A stretch of DNA of 64,000 bases, taken from an uncultured Gammaproteobacteria bacterium. Its GTDB lineage: Bacteria; Patescibacteriota; Microgenomatia; CAYGWK01. The translations under genes and the position numbers were made by a program. The first letter of the stretch is position 1, and each line of letters begins with the position of its first letter. Shown here in pieces: positions 44,760-54,557 of this stretch. The stretch covers positions 26,982 to 90,981 of the forward strand of contig CAYGWK010000001.1 of NCBI GenBank assembly GCA_964353785.1, written 5' to 3'. A model generated the notes under the pieces. It saw nothing but the letters and a program-made list of their open reading frames with translations, did no database searches and was not told the origin of the DNA.

Positions 44760-46795
44760 ATCTTGGTCTTTCCTGATTGAAAAACAATTTCTCCAATTTG
44801 AGCAAATTTTTCTTCAGAAATTTTATACTTTTCTCTTTCTTTCTCTCCGACAAAAATATATTGGACGTTATATTTTTTAATTAAATCTAAAGCCTGATCT
44901 TTATTCTTTGTTTCATAAATTGCTTGGACTTCGTTTGCTCTTTTTCCTGGCTCATCAAAACTTCCTCGCCAGAGCCATTCATGAACTAACCAGCCCTCAA
45001 TTGTTGGTAGTCCAGTTAGGGCAGAGACTCGGTTAAAAAGAGTGTAACTGTCTCCGCTTGCCTCTAAAACTACTAGTTGATTCTTAATATTTTTGTTTAA
45101 CCAGGTAATTGCTTGATAATCATCTGGAGAGGTTCTTTTTAAAAATGAAAGACCATATAAGCCATGATAAATTTTTAAATTACCATAATATGAATTAATG
45201 GCAAAGTAGGGATAAATAAAAACAAAAGTAAAAAGTAAAAAGTAAAAAGCAAAAAGCATAAATTTTAAAACTTTCTTTTTTAACGAAGTGAGAATTTGAA
45301 CAATGATGTATCCTGAAGCGAGAGCGTACATCATAAAAGATTGGTAAACCAGTTTAAACATGGTGTTGGCGCGATGATAAGAGGGAATATAGATATCCTT
45401 AACATAGAAAAATTCTGGGATAATGATTAAAAAGGTGGCAACAGAAATAAGAATTAAGATAAAGATGTCAGGAATTTGTAATTGGGAATTAGTGATTCTT
45501 TTCTTGAGAACCAGGAAAATAATAAAACTTAAAAAAATTATCCATTGATAACCCCATAAAACCAAAAGTTGCCAGAAAGGAGAGTGGGCATTAACTGAGG
45601 CAATTCCCTTAGCGATTTGGGAAAAGGAAAGATTAAAGGGAAGAGAGAAGAGAATACTACCAGTAAGTACCAATACTACCAACCCGCCTGCCAGCGCCTT
45701 CGGCGCAAGCCGATGGCGGGCAGGTAAACCAATATTTAAAAATGATTTATAGAAAATTGTTGCTCCTAAAATTGAAAAATAAATCGGAAAATCCCAAGAA
45801 TTGGTCATATATAAGACGCCCAGGAGCAAAGATATAAAGATATAAAGAGATAAGGAGGGTTTCTTGGACGCAAAAATAGTGAAGACTGTTGCGAGAAATA
45901 AAAGAACAAAGGGAATATTAGAGACGTGCCCATGTAGGTCGGAAACCACAAAGGAATAAATAGGAAATTCGTGAATAGTGTTATCGATTGCCCCAAATTT
46001 TTCCACAATAAACCGGGTAGCATCAGGATACCAATAAGCGGCAAAATTGAAATTATGGGTTAAAAACCACCAAAAGGCATGAAGATTGCCACCCAGGGTT
46101 AATAAAAAGGCAGAGAGTAGACCGCCAATAAATACCAATTTCCAATAATTACCAATTTTCAATTTCAAATGAAATATGAGATTTGATGCCAGGGAGAATG
46201 TACCCGTAAAAGTTAGGGCGAAAATGGTAGCAATCATTAGGTTGTAGGTAATAGCTGGATCTATTCCGGAAAGTTTTGTTAAAACAGCGGCCACCAAATG
46301 CCCGAAATAATAATAGTTAATGGTTTTTCCGGCCATCCACATATCCAAAGGAGGAAAATATTGACTGCGGAGAATAGAATTAACAAATCCGAAATCCATA
46401 AATTTCTCAAGTCCCTCAATATCAGGTTGAAAACCACGGATAAAAGACCAAGAGGTTAGGGCGACAAAGAAAAGAATTTCTTCAAAAAATAAAATCTTCC
46501 AGGATTTTTTAAGAGACGTCTTAAACTCTCCCTCGTTTTTCTTAGCCAAAATTATATTTAGTCCTGCCAGAACTAAAACTGTAAGCCAAATAGTTGGAGT
46601 TCCGAAAGGAAGAAGATGAAGGCTGCCCAAAAGCCAGACAAAATAACTGACTAGCAAAATGGCAATTATTTTTGAAAATGAATATCCAAGGTCAAAAAAT
46701 TTTTTGAAAAACCACCAAGTTAGGGGCAAAAAAGCCACCCCTAATCCGAAAAGTAAAAACCACCAAGAAAAAATTATGAAAAAATCAGAAATCAT
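44732..46795 (-). CDS. Large polytopic membrane protein with a C-terminal soluble domain (DUF2298/YYY-type, putative glycosyltransferase-like)
   Basis: More than 14 TM segments; C-terminal 'PTIEGWLVHEWLWRG...KYNVQYIFVGEKEREKY'; contains a heptamer tract. Confidence 0.35.
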   Translation of the reverse strand: MISDFFIIFSWWFLLFGLGVAFLPLTWWFFKKFFDLGYSFSKIIAILLVSYFVWLLGSLHLLPFGTPTIWLTVLVLAGLNIILAKKNEGEFKTSLKKSWKILFFEEILFFVALTSWSFIRGFQPDIEGLEKFMDFGFVNSILRSQYFPPLDMWMAGKTINYYYFGHLVAAVLTKLSGIDPAITYNLMIATIFALTFTGTFSLASNLIFHLKLKIGNYWKLVFIGGLLSAFLLTLGGNLHAFWWFLTHNFNFAAYWYPDATRFIVEKFGAIDNTIHEFPIYSFVVSDLHGHVSNIPFVLLFLATVFTIFASKKPSLSLYIFISLLLGVLYMTNSWDFPIYFSILGATIFYKSFLNIGLPARHRLAPKALAGGLVVLVLTGSILFSLPFNLSFSQIAKGIASVNAHSPFWQLLVLWGYQWIIFLSFIIFLVLKKRITNSQLQIPDIFILILISVATFLIIIPEFFYVKDIYIPSYHRANTMFKLVYQSFMMYALASGYIIVQILTSLKKKVLKFMLFAFYFLLFTFVFIYPYFAINSYYGNLKIYHGLYGLSFLKRTSPDDYQAITWLNKNIKNQLVVLEASGDSYTLFNRVSALTGLPTIEGWLVHEWLWRGSFDEPGKRANEVQAIYETKNKDQALDLIKKYNVQYIFVGEKEREKYKISEEKFAQIGEIVFQSGKTKIYKIDSTKL
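45221..45262. repeat. Heptamer tandem tract (aacaaaa/gtaaaaa x3/gcaaaaa/gcataaa) inside an ORF
   Basis: Direct reading; encodes 'MLFAFYFLLFTFV'. Confidence 0.8.
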
Positions 46796-48456
46796 AAACT
46801 AAGCAATATTTTAAGACTTTCCACCGGGAGACGCTTTTTATTAGCAAAGATGAGAACTTTAGGGTGGTCGTAGACTTGGAAGGTCTCCTCGGAAGTGTCA
46901 TCGTTGATGGTTATTCCTAAAAGTGAAGGATAAGAAGAAAATTCGGCAATTTTAGTGTAACCCAGTTCTCCAGCAAATAGAAGTTTATAATAGCGACTGG
47001 TTATTGGATATTTTTCTGGCAGATTAATTAAAGTTCCATATAGCCGGCGACTGTTAATGACAATATAATCTGCTTGAGAAAGTTTTTCTGCATAGTAATT
47101 AATTTTTTGAATATTGTCTGGTTCATAAATGGTGAGTGCCTCAATTTGGTATTGGCCTGGATTATCTGTATCCAGAGGAATAGGTAAACCATCATCCCAG
47201 TGTTCACCTAAGATTTTTGCTCCTTTTGGAATATTTTGATAAATAAAGCGAGAAGCAGCGATTCTAGTGGACTGCCTGGTATAAATAGAGAAAAAAGCCA
47301 AGGACCAAAGAAAAGTAAGAGCAAGAAAAAGAGTAAGAGTTATTCCGCCAAAAATCTTAGATTTTTTCCAAACCCCAAAAAGAAACCAGGCAGCAAAAAT
47401 TGCTAAAAATGGCAAAACTGGAACCATAAAGCGGATAAATTTTGTGTGCCAAGAGCCGACATAGACAAAATAAACAACGGGAAATGAAAGTAAAATAAGC
47501 AAAGCTTGTTGTTTCGCAATTAGGAGTTTTTTATCGCGAGTTTTGAGAGCAATTACTAAGAGTAAGATTGCTCCCAAAATCCCCAAAAATGCAACTGGGC
47601 CCATTTGCCAAAAAAAGTTTTTAATTTGGAAAAGATAAGGAAAAGTTTTTTCAAACTGGAGAACATAAACAACTTTAAGTCTCCCCAAAACCACTCCAGT
47701 TTCATAATTCATAGACTCTAAAAATTTTTGTTTATCTAAAAATGTGTAAGGAGAAAACACAAAAAATGTTAAAAAGCCCACCAGAAGAGAAACTAAAAAT
47801 CTGAACTGATACTTTAAATATTTAAAGTGGACAAGAATTTGAACAGCGATTGGGATAATCAAAAATGAAAGGGCTGAAATCTTGGTTGCTACTGCCAATC
47901 CCAAAATAATTCCTATTTTTAGATAATTTTTAAAAGTTGGGTTTTGAGAGATTTCAAAAGAAAAAATAGAAAGAAGTACAAGCCAGAAAATAAGCATGTT
48001 TTCGGTCACGCCAAAATGGGCGGTTTGGATAAGAGAGGGGCAAAAAGCGACAAGGAATGAAGCTAAAATCCCAATTTTCTCATCCCAAATTTTTTTGGTC
48101 AAGAGGAAAACTAAAAGAATCGTTAGCGATGACAAGAAGGCGGAAACACCTCTACCGATAAGATTAATGTAAGCCCAATTAGAAACCCAACTTTGGTTTT
48201 TAGTTATCAAGACCAAAAAATCGCCAATTGCTCGATAAAGATAAACTGGCAGTCCTCCATAGGCAAAAAATTCTGGGTTAAGTTGGTCAAAAAAGTGGAT
48301 ACGAGAAACCGCTGAAGCAATATTTCGTTCGTCGGGATGAAAGAAATGTCCTTGGTCCCAATTTAAATTATAGAAACGGAGAAAAGCACCAATAAAAGCA
48401 ACAAGCAATAAGCAATAAGCAATAAGCAAATTTTGACTAGGAATTTTCAATTTCAT
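46792..48456 (-). CDS. GT39/ArnT-like polyprenyl-phosphate-dependent membrane glycosyltransferase (third paralog)
   Basis: 'FFHPDERNIA' DE-motif loop, 12+ TM segments. Confidence 0.5.
   Translation of the reverse strand: MKLKIPSQNLLIAYCLLLVAFIGAFLRFYNLNWDQGHFFHPDERNIASAVSRIHFFDQLNPEFFAYGGLPVYLYRAIGDFLVLITKNQSWVSNWAYINLIGRGVSAFLSSLTILLVFLLTKKIWDEKIGILASFLVAFCPSLIQTAHFGVTENMLIFWLVLLSIFSFEISQNPTFKNYLKIGIILGLAVATKISALSFLIIPIAVQILVHFKYLKYQFRFLVSLLVGFLTFFVFSPYTFLDKQKFLESMNYETGVVLGRLKVVYVLQFEKTFPYLFQIKNFFWQMGPVAFLGILGAILLLVIALKTRDKKLLIAKQQALLILLSFPVVYFVYVGSWHTKFIRFMVPVLPFLAIFAAWFLFGVWKKSKIFGGITLTLFLALTFLWSLAFFSIYTRQSTRIAASRFIYQNIPKGAKILGEHWDDGLPIPLDTDNPGQYQIEALTIYEPDNIQKINYYAEKLSQADYIVINSRRLYGTLINLPEKYPITSRYYKLLFAGELGYTKIAEFSSYPSLLGITINDDTSEETFQVYDHPKVLIFANKKRLPVESLKILLSL
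48405..48425. repeat. Heptamer tandem tract (gcaataa x3) at the 5' end of the GT39 gene
   Basis: Direct reading. Confidence 0.8.
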
Positions 48457-49657
48457 TGGCGATTTTTTCTCCTAACTCTATGGCATAATTTATTCCTCGG
48501 TCCCAGGGATAAAATTGTTGCATGTTGGCAAGAAAGACATTGGGGATTGGGGTTTGAGGCGGAGGAATAAGACTGGAATAGTTTACCGGAATAACGGGTT
48601 GGGCATCAAGACTGTGTGACAAGTGACAAGTGACAAGTGACAAGTGATTAAATTTTGGGTTGATTTTCTGAAGATAGGGCAAGAATTCCTTGAAAATTTC
48701 CTCTTTGGTCATTTTGAAATAGGGGTGATTTTGGGGATAGTAGCCACCAACATAGAGAAGATGATTTCCACCGTAATATTTTTGGTCAACAAAATTAGTA
48801 TGTTCAACCACGGCCACAAAAGGAAGACTAGGTTCGTTGATATTCAACCAATAAGTGCCACCGGTTAAGAATTTTTCTTTTAGAACCAGAATTAAATTAA
48901 GAGCCCCGAGCATTTCTGGCAGTTTTGTTTTTTTGAAAAATGTTTGGGTTGGAGTAGTAATAATAACCCTGTTAAACTTGTTAAAATGATTTAAGTCATT
49001 TAAGGAAGTAATTTCCTGGTTTAGATAAATTTCTCCACCGCCATCTCTTATTTTTTCTACCAACCTGTTAATTAAAACCTGAAATCCGCCCTCAAAATAT
49101 CCAAGTCTCTGACTTCTTTTTTTGATTCTTGCCCAAAACCAAGACATAGAAATTTTTTCTGCCTGATTTCCAAATTTTCCTAAAAGGAGTGGTTTCCATA
49201 AAATCTCAAAAGAGCGTTTTCCATAATATTTTTTAAGCCAGGAAAAAGCAGTAATATTTTCAAAAGATTTCCAGTCGCTTGTTAGTTTTAAATAACTAGT
49301 GATTATTCCAGTACGAAGTCTGTTAGGAAATGAGAGAAAGGGAAAAGAGATAAGAGATAAGGGAGAGTCAAATTGAGAAATTTTTCCTTGATAAAAAATT
49401 GAAGTTTTTGGTCGAGTGTAAAAAAGTTTGCTGGAAAGTCCAAGTTCGGATATTAAATTCTGGGCTGCCGAATCAGAGGTAAATAGATGATGGAAAAAAT
49501 ACTCCAGAGACCAATCCCAACCTTTTTCTTTAAATCCGGCGGCTAAGCCTCCGGGAAATTTTTCTTTTTCAAAAACAGAAACCTTATGTCCCTTTTGGGA
49601 AAGTCTATAAGCAGCGGCTAAACCAGTAAAACCTGCTCCGATAATGACAATTCGCAT
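48437..49657 (-). CDS. FAD/NAD(P)-binding oxidoreductase (amine-oxidase/UDP-galactopyranose-mutase-like fold)
   Basis: 'MRIVIIGAGFTGLAAAYRLSQKGHKVSVFEKEKFPGG' is a Rossmann GxGxxG dinucleotide-binding motif. Confidence 0.55.
   Translation of the reverse strand: MRIVIIGAGFTGLAAAYRLSQKGHKVSVFEKEKFPGGLAAGFKEKGWDWSLEYFFHHLFTSDSAAQNLISELGLSSKLFYTRPKTSIFYQGKISQFDSPLSLISFPFLSFPNRLRTGIITSYLKLTSDWKSFENITAFSWLKKYYGKRSFEILWKPLLLGKFGNQAEKISMSWFWARIKKRSQRLGYFEGGFQVLINRLVEKIRDGGGEIYLNQEITSLNDLNHFNKFNRVIITTPTQTFFKKTKLPEMLGALNLILVLKEKFLTGGTYWLNINEPSLPFVAVVEHTNFVDQKYYGGNHLLYVGGYYPQNHPYFKMTKEEIFKEFLPYLQKINPKFNHLSLVTCHLSHSLDAQPVIPVNYSSLIPPPQTPIPNVFLANMQQFYPWDRGINYAIELGEKIANEIENS
48616..48650. repeat. Heptamer tandem tract (gtgacaa x4 plus gtgatta) inside the oxidoreductase gene
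   Basis: Direct reading; encodes 'NHLSLVTCHLSH'. Confidence 0.85.
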
Positions 49658-49686
49658 GGCAATATTTTAACACCGGACGAGGTTTT

Positions 49687-50193
49687 TTAGAAGGCTAAAA
49701 CTAAAGCCAGTCCTAAAATTAGAATTCCTCCAAGGACCGCTCCCCAGGTTGGGGCAGAAAAACCTGCTGGAGGAAGTTCGACCAGAGTTGGGGTTGGAGT
49801 AACTTCTTCCGTTGGTGTCGGCGTAACTTCCTCAGTTGGAGTTGGGGTAACTGTCCCGGTTGGAGTTGGAGTAACTGTTCCTGTCGGAGTTGGAGTCGGT
49901 GTTTCAGTCGGAGTAGGCGTAGTTGTCCCAGTTGGTGTTGGAGTTGGAGTCTCAGTTGGTGTTGGAGTTATTGTTCCGGTTGGCGTCGGGGTGGGAGTGA
50001 GCAGAGTTATATTAAAGGTTAATTTGCACTCTGAAATTGGTTCTCTGGCAGGAGCCGGGACCGGAACAGTTGGAGCAACTGGTTGTTTGCCAGCTTGATA
50101 GAGTTTAATTGCCGTTATCACCGCGATTGCTCCCAAGGCTATTGTAGCTAGAGCAATTAAGATTAGATACCAATTTTGTTTTAATCTATTCAT
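49687..50193 (-). CDS. TM-anchored TP-repeat (TPTPTGT x about 8) surface protein with a C-terminal hydrophobic segment
   Basis: N-terminal TM; 'TPTPTGTITPTPTETPTPTPTGT...'; C-terminal 'LPPAGFSAPTWGAVLGGILILGLALVLAF'. Confidence 0.45.
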   Translation of the reverse strand: MNRLKQNWYLILIALATIALGAIAVITAIKLYQAGKQPVAPTVPVPAPAREPISECKLTFNITLLTPTPTPTGTITPTPTETPTPTPTGTTTPTPTETPTPTPTGTVTPTPTGTVTPTPTEEVTPTPTEEVTPTPTLVELPPAGFSAPTWGAVLGGILILGLALVLAF

Positions 50194-50196
50194 AAT

Positions 50197-51735
50197 CTAC
50201 CACCAACCTAAAACCGGATTGTAGACCATCGATTCAACTGCATAACTTCCGGCTGAAGGAATGGTGTACTCGATATAGAATTTGTTGTCGTGTTTTTCGG
50301 TTGTCTGTTGCCAAGAGCCGACTACCCCATCAATAGTAATTCTAAAGCGAGCCTTAGTAATTCCCTGGGCATGGGTTGTTGCCCCCCGAGTAGCAAAATA
50401 AACAGTTTGGCCAACAGTTAAGGTTGACAAATCTGGAATTTCATTCCAGTCTGTATCGTAAACTTTACAAAAATCGCAACGGGCAGTATCTGGTGGTGGA
50501 GGCGTTGGGGTAACTTCCTCCTCACATCCGGTGGTTTTACAGGACCCACATCCCCCTCCGCCGGCTTCGGTCCAGAAAACCTCTATTTGACCGCATTTGT
50601 CTGCTCCTAAAGAGAATTCCCTAGAAGTTCCAGCATTTACCACCACCGTGGTTCTACTTGCTTCTTTGGTGCAAGGACAAACACCTGGACCGCAGATATT
50701 TTTCTGAACGGTGACATTAAAGTTGGTCCCAGTTTGATTTTCAACCTTGACCTTACCCGGGCCGGTTTCGCTACAACCACTTCTGAATCCCCCTGAACAC
50801 ATTCCATTTGCCCAACAACAGAAAGGATTTCCTTGGGAACTTTTACAACATTGGCCGCCGCTCCCCTCACAGGTAGCAATATCACCAGGAAGACCAGCGC
50901 AACCTACCTTAGTGAATCCATGGGGGGAACAATAATTTCCACCAGGAGGTTGAGTAGGGGTGGGAGTGACTTTTTTACATTGGTCATTATTAGAACACTC
51001 TGGAGTACATGGTTCTCCCACGGCGCACACCTGATTTACACATTGTGTACCAACGCATTTTTTGGTGTAGCCGGGAGTATTACAGTCCCTACTACTATAA
51101 CCGCTTTGACAGTAGCCATTGGGAATGTCGCAAATTTTTCCATTAGCACCACAATTTTTATTATAAGCGCAACAAGCAGGGTTGCACCCACCATCAACAT
51201 CACATTTATCCAAATTGGCGCAGGTTTCTCCGGGTGAACCATCTTTTTTAGTGCATTTTTGGCTAGAAGGTGGTGGTGTGGGTGTTGGCTCTTCTCCTCT
51301 TTTACAAATGCAACTTCCGCTATAAGGATCGCCTTCCCAGGCGCAACCGCTTCCAGCCCAAGTCCAACATTCCTTATTGTCACGGGTGGCGCTACAATCC
51401 CGGTCGCATCCTGCTGCCTTTGGGGCAAAAACTCGACGTTGAACTAGATAGACAGCACCTGGAACTGAAACAAGAAGAACAAGAAGAATAATTGAAGCCA
51501 TAATGACTTTTACTCGAGATTTTTTGGGCGGAGTGGAGATGACTAAAGAAGGCTCCTCTGATGGTGGTGGAGATGGAGGAGTTGGTTCGACTGGTGTTTC
51601 TGCTGGTTTGGGTGGTCCTTCAGGAGGTAATCCCGGTGGTGGTTGAGGGGGTTCAGTTCCGGGAACTGAAGGAGTAATTGGGGGAACTTGGACCGTTGGT
51701 CCACTTGGTTGATTTAAATCATCTGGCATGGGCAA
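50197..51735 (-). CDS. Large Cys-rich extracytoplasmic protein with a Pro-rich cytoplasmic N-tail and a single TM
   Basis: About 60 Cys residues; PPxP-rich N-terminus; TM 'IMASIILLVLLVSVPGAVYLV'. Confidence 0.45.
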   Translation of the reverse strand: MPMPDDLNQPSGPTVQVPPITPSVPGTEPPQPPPGLPPEGPPKPAETPVEPTPPSPPPSEEPSLVISTPPKKSRVKVIMASIILLVLLVSVPGAVYLVQRRVFAPKAAGCDRDCSATRDNKECWTWAGSGCAWEGDPYSGSCICKRGEEPTPTPPPSSQKCTKKDGSPGETCANLDKCDVDGGCNPACCAYNKNCGANGKICDIPNGYCQSGYSSRDCNTPGYTKKCVGTQCVNQVCAVGEPCTPECSNNDQCKKVTPTPTQPPGGNYCSPHGFTKVGCAGLPGDIATCEGSGGQCCKSSQGNPFCCWANGMCSGGFRSGCSETGPGKVKVENQTGTNFNVTVQKNICGPGVCPCTKEASRTTVVVNAGTSREFSLGADKCGQIEVFWTEAGGGGCGSCKTTGCEEEVTPTPPPPDTARCDFCKVYDTDWNEIPDLSTLTVGQTVYFATRGATTHAQGITKARFRITIDGVVGSWQQTTEKHDNKFYIEYTIPSAGSYAVESMVYNPVLGWW

Positions 51736-53092
51736 GTATTTTTTCTACAACAAAACCAATCAAAATAAATACTAACCCCATTATGAAGACCGAAAATGTT
51801 GGTGTCAAGTACCCAGGACTGGGGACCCCGGCTTCGGTTGCTGGCATGGCGGTTCGGGCCGAAGGAGTGGCAGTTGGACTGGGAGTTAATTTTGGAGTTG
51901 GTTCGGGCGTTGGAGTAATCGTTGCTGAAGGAGTGGCGGTAAAGGCCGGAAGTTCGCTTTCTCCGGCCGCCAAAACTGTAAAAGTTTGAGAAATTGTTTT
52001 TCCCCCAAGAGTTACTTTAACGGTATGAATTCCGGGAGTTAAATTTGTTGGTGGAGTAAAACTCCAGTCTCCTTGACTGTCAGTCTTTACAGTTCCGGTA
52101 TAGGTTGGGGACTCAATAACAATTTGAATTGTTTGATTGACTGGTCCGGTCCCTAAAATCTCCGGTTTTTGCGTTGAGATTTTTTCATTTTTTTCAGGGC
52201 TTATTATTGCCAACTCAACTGATTCGGTTGCTTCCTTTGCTGGAGCAAGTTCGGCGAAAGAAAACTTAGATGAAGGAGTTGCCTGGACTTCGGATTCTGG
52301 CTGGGGAGACGGAGTAGGAAAAACGCTTTCCTCTTCCTCAGGCTGTGCTGCCTGGCGGAAATCATAACTTTTACCCAAGATTATTTCGGGAAGAGGATTG
52401 TCGTTTTTGGTGGTGGTAATGACGGTGGCCGTCCCGCGCAAGCCTCCCTGAACAAAAATTTCTTCAACTTGGGCTTCTTTGTCATAGGAAGCAAAGCCTA
52501 ATAAATCTTCCGAAAGAGCGGCGCTTAAAGGAATAATAAAGCTTCCAGAAGAACGAACAAGGGCGGATTGAGGAGTAACGTTAGCCATTTTAAAATAAAC
52601 AATTGCTCCATCAGCCGGGGTGTTATCTGAGCCAAGGATTGTTCCCGAGACGAGATCGCTTGGAGGAAAAGTTCCAGAAATAGTTCCGGCAGTGGCTACC
52701 TCATAAGGCTTGCCAGAGTTATCAAAAATTTTTCCTCCAGAACCAAGTTTGAAAAAATAAGTAGTTTTTGGTTTCAAATTTTTTAAGGTGACATGGTGGG
52801 CTTGAAAAGAACCTGTTGAACCCGAAATTTGGTCTCGGTCGTCAGCAAAAGTCTGGCCCAAAGAAGATGTTTCTCCAAAACGGACAAAGCCCGAAGCCTC
52901 TTTTTCAGTGGTCCAAGAAACAGTAAAAGAAGAAGAGGACAGATTGGTAATTTTCATCCCGCTTGGGGTAATTTCGGGAGAGGCTTTTAAGAAAAATACC
53001 TGGCCTTTTTGAATAAGGAGCACTCCAGCAAATAAGGAAACAAGGAGAAATAAAATTGCTAAAATTGTGGGAATTTTTTTATCACGAATCAT
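51719..53092 (-). CDS. Secreted FN3-like (purple-acid-phosphatase N-domain-like) beta-sandwich repeat protein with a C-terminal TM and charged tail
   Basis: 'ITNLSSSSFTVSWTT...TTYFFKLGSGG'; C-terminal 'FSVFIMGLVFILIGFVVEKILAHAR'. Confidence 0.45.
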   Translation of the reverse strand: MIRDKKIPTILAILFLLVSLFAGVLLIQKGQVFFLKASPEITPSGMKITNLSSSSFTVSWTTEKEASGFVRFGETSSLGQTFADDRDQISGSTGSFQAHHVTLKNLKPKTTYFFKLGSGGKIFDNSGKPYEVATAGTISGTFPPSDLVSGTILGSDNTPADGAIVYFKMANVTPQSALVRSSGSFIIPLSAALSEDLLGFASYDKEAQVEEIFVQGGLRGTATVITTTKNDNPLPEIILGKSYDFRQAAQPEEEESVFPTPSPQPESEVQATPSSKFSFAELAPAKEATESVELAIISPEKNEKISTQKPEILGTGPVNQTIQIVIESPTYTGTVKTDSQGDWSFTPPTNLTPGIHTVKVTLGGKTISQTFTVLAAGESELPAFTATPSATITPTPEPTPKLTPSPTATPSARTAMPATEAGVPSPGYLTPTFSVFIMGLVFILIGFVVEKILAHAR

Positions 53093-53093
53093 C

Positions 53094-53363
53094 TTAAATT
53101 TCTCCAGACACGGTAGCCTCGGGCGTTGGGATTATTGTTGGCAAAACAAGCACCCCTTCTTTTATTAATAAACGTTTTGAGAGATTTTCAAAAACTTTAC
53201 TTTCAAGTTCAGGGTTAAGCGGAGAAATTTGTTCTTTTAAAACTTTAGGAACCTCGGCCTTAGTGAAGGCACGATAAGTATCAAGACTAATCCAGGTTAA
53301 GGTGGTGATGACCGTTAAAATTGAAAGAAAAAATAAATCTCGAGAAATTTTTGGGCGTTTCAT
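53094..53363 (-). CDS. Small membrane-anchored protein (PilP-like position)
   Basis: 89 aa, one TM; position only, no motif. Confidence 0.25.
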   Translation of the reverse strand: MKRPKISRDLFFLSILTVITTLTWISLDTYRAFTKAEVPKVLKEQISPLNPELESKVFENLSKRLLIKEGVLVLPTIIPTPEATVSGEI

Positions 53364-54025
53364 AATTCTTTTTTGGGCAGAAAATAAACTTTTCCTGAAA
53401 GATTTAAACTCATTATCTTCTCTTCCTCGCCCTTTCTTTGGGTAAAAGTCAAAGAATCAATTGTGACGATTCTTCTTAACTGTTCCAAAGAGGAAACAAG
53501 TTTGGTTAAATTTTCAAAGTTTCCAGTTAGAGACAAGGAAAAGGAAAGCGTATCTGGGCCAGGAACTTTTTTGGCGATTCTTTTCTCCTTTGGTTCTCCA
53601 ACCAACGTTACCGGCTCAAAAGCCAAAGAAGTGATGGTTAGCTCTTGCTGTTGGACCAAAATTTCAAGTTGGTAAACAATTTGGGATAAAGAAGGCTCAG
53701 CCGGCAAGGCGTCGTCGACCAGCGGCAGAGAATTTTCCATAAGAGCGTAATTTGCTTGGGCGGATGCTAAAGCGTTTATTTTAGTCTGAAGTTCGCGGTC
53801 AATCTGTTTTTTGCTTTGTTGTTCTTTAACTAAAGAGGCGATGGTGACAATTGTCGGTTTTAAAGCAAAAACTCCAAAAAAAGCAATAGTTAGGAGAGTT
53901 AGGGTTAAACCGGTATAGACAACCACCTCTCTCTTTTGGTAGAGTCGGCGGATATCGACAAAATAGTGTTGATAGCGATGATATTCAGTTTTTGGATTAA
54001 ATGGCACTTTTTTCTCCTCCGCCAA
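53360..54025 (-). CDS. PilO-like type IV pilus assembly protein
   Basis: Short cytoplasmic N-terminus, single TM, coiled-coil, then a C-terminal alpha/beta domain; immediately follows and overlaps pilN. Confidence 0.45.
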   Translation of the reverse strand: MAEEKKVPFNPKTEYHRYQHYFVDIRRLYQKREVVVYTGLTLTLLTIAFFGVFALKPTIVTIASLVKEQQSKKQIDRELQTKINALASAQANYALMENSLPLVDDALPAEPSLSQIVYQLEILVQQQELTITSLAFEPVTLVGEPKEKRIAKKVPGPDTLSFSLSLTGNFENLTKLVSSLEQLRRIVTIDSLTFTQRKGEEEKIMSLNLSGKVYFLPKKEL

Positions 54026-54557
54026 TATATTTTGCCGTCAGTGAAAAGCGAATTCCTGCCTCTTCTCCGGTTTTTTTAGATACAGAAGAAAGGGTAACTT
54101 CGGAAAAACTTGGAGACGTTGCCAGGCCCGCTAAAAAACTGCCGAGCCCTTCCTCCGAAAGAGCCACTCCTGAGAGTTTTACCGCTTCTTCATCAAAGGA
54201 AAAACTAGAGAAGGAAACATCCCCGGGGGTGAGTGCCGAAATTGCTGAAACTATTGAGGTTACCTTAACTTGCCCCTTTTCTAAATTTTTAATCTCGGAA
54301 AGTCTTTTTTGCAAGAACAGAAAATCTTGTTCAAAAGAAGAGGAAGAAGCGATAATTGCCTGTTTTTGCTTAATTTGATCGTAAAGGTCAGCAATATCAC
54401 GATCAAGTTTAAATCGAGAAAGAAAAGCCAAAATAACAACCAGTTCCGTAAAAACAACAATCCAGCGTCCAATCGAAAGGGCCCAGAGTAAAAATTTACC
54501 TAGAGGCTTTTTTTCGAACTCTTCCCGTGGTAGAAGGTTGATTTGACTTTTGGGCAT
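53997..54557 (-). CDS. PilN-like type IV pilus assembly protein
   Basis: N-terminal 'QINLLP' signature, TM 'LWALSIGRWIVVFTELVVILAFL', then a coiled-coil. Confidence 0.6.
   Translation of the reverse strand: MPKSQINLLPREEFEKKPLGKFLLWALSIGRWIVVFTELVVILAFLSRFKLDRDIADLYDQIKQKQAIIASSSSFEQDFLFLQKRLSEIKNLEKGQVKVTSIVSAISALTPGDVSFSSFSFDEEAVKLSGVALSEEGLGSFLAGLATSPSFSEVTLSSVSKKTGEEAGIRFSLTAKYIGGGEKSAI

Noticed and set aside
8342-48650. Short tandem repeat tracts as a possible CRISPR array
   Set aside because: The units are 7-16 nt, directly tandem without spacers, and lie inside ORFs. They are not CRISPR repeats, and no cas genes are present
48437-49657. Calling the FAD-binding protein specifically UDP-galactopyranose mutase (glf)
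   Set aside because: Only the Rossmann GxGxxG motif is unambiguous; family-level assignment needs an HMM search
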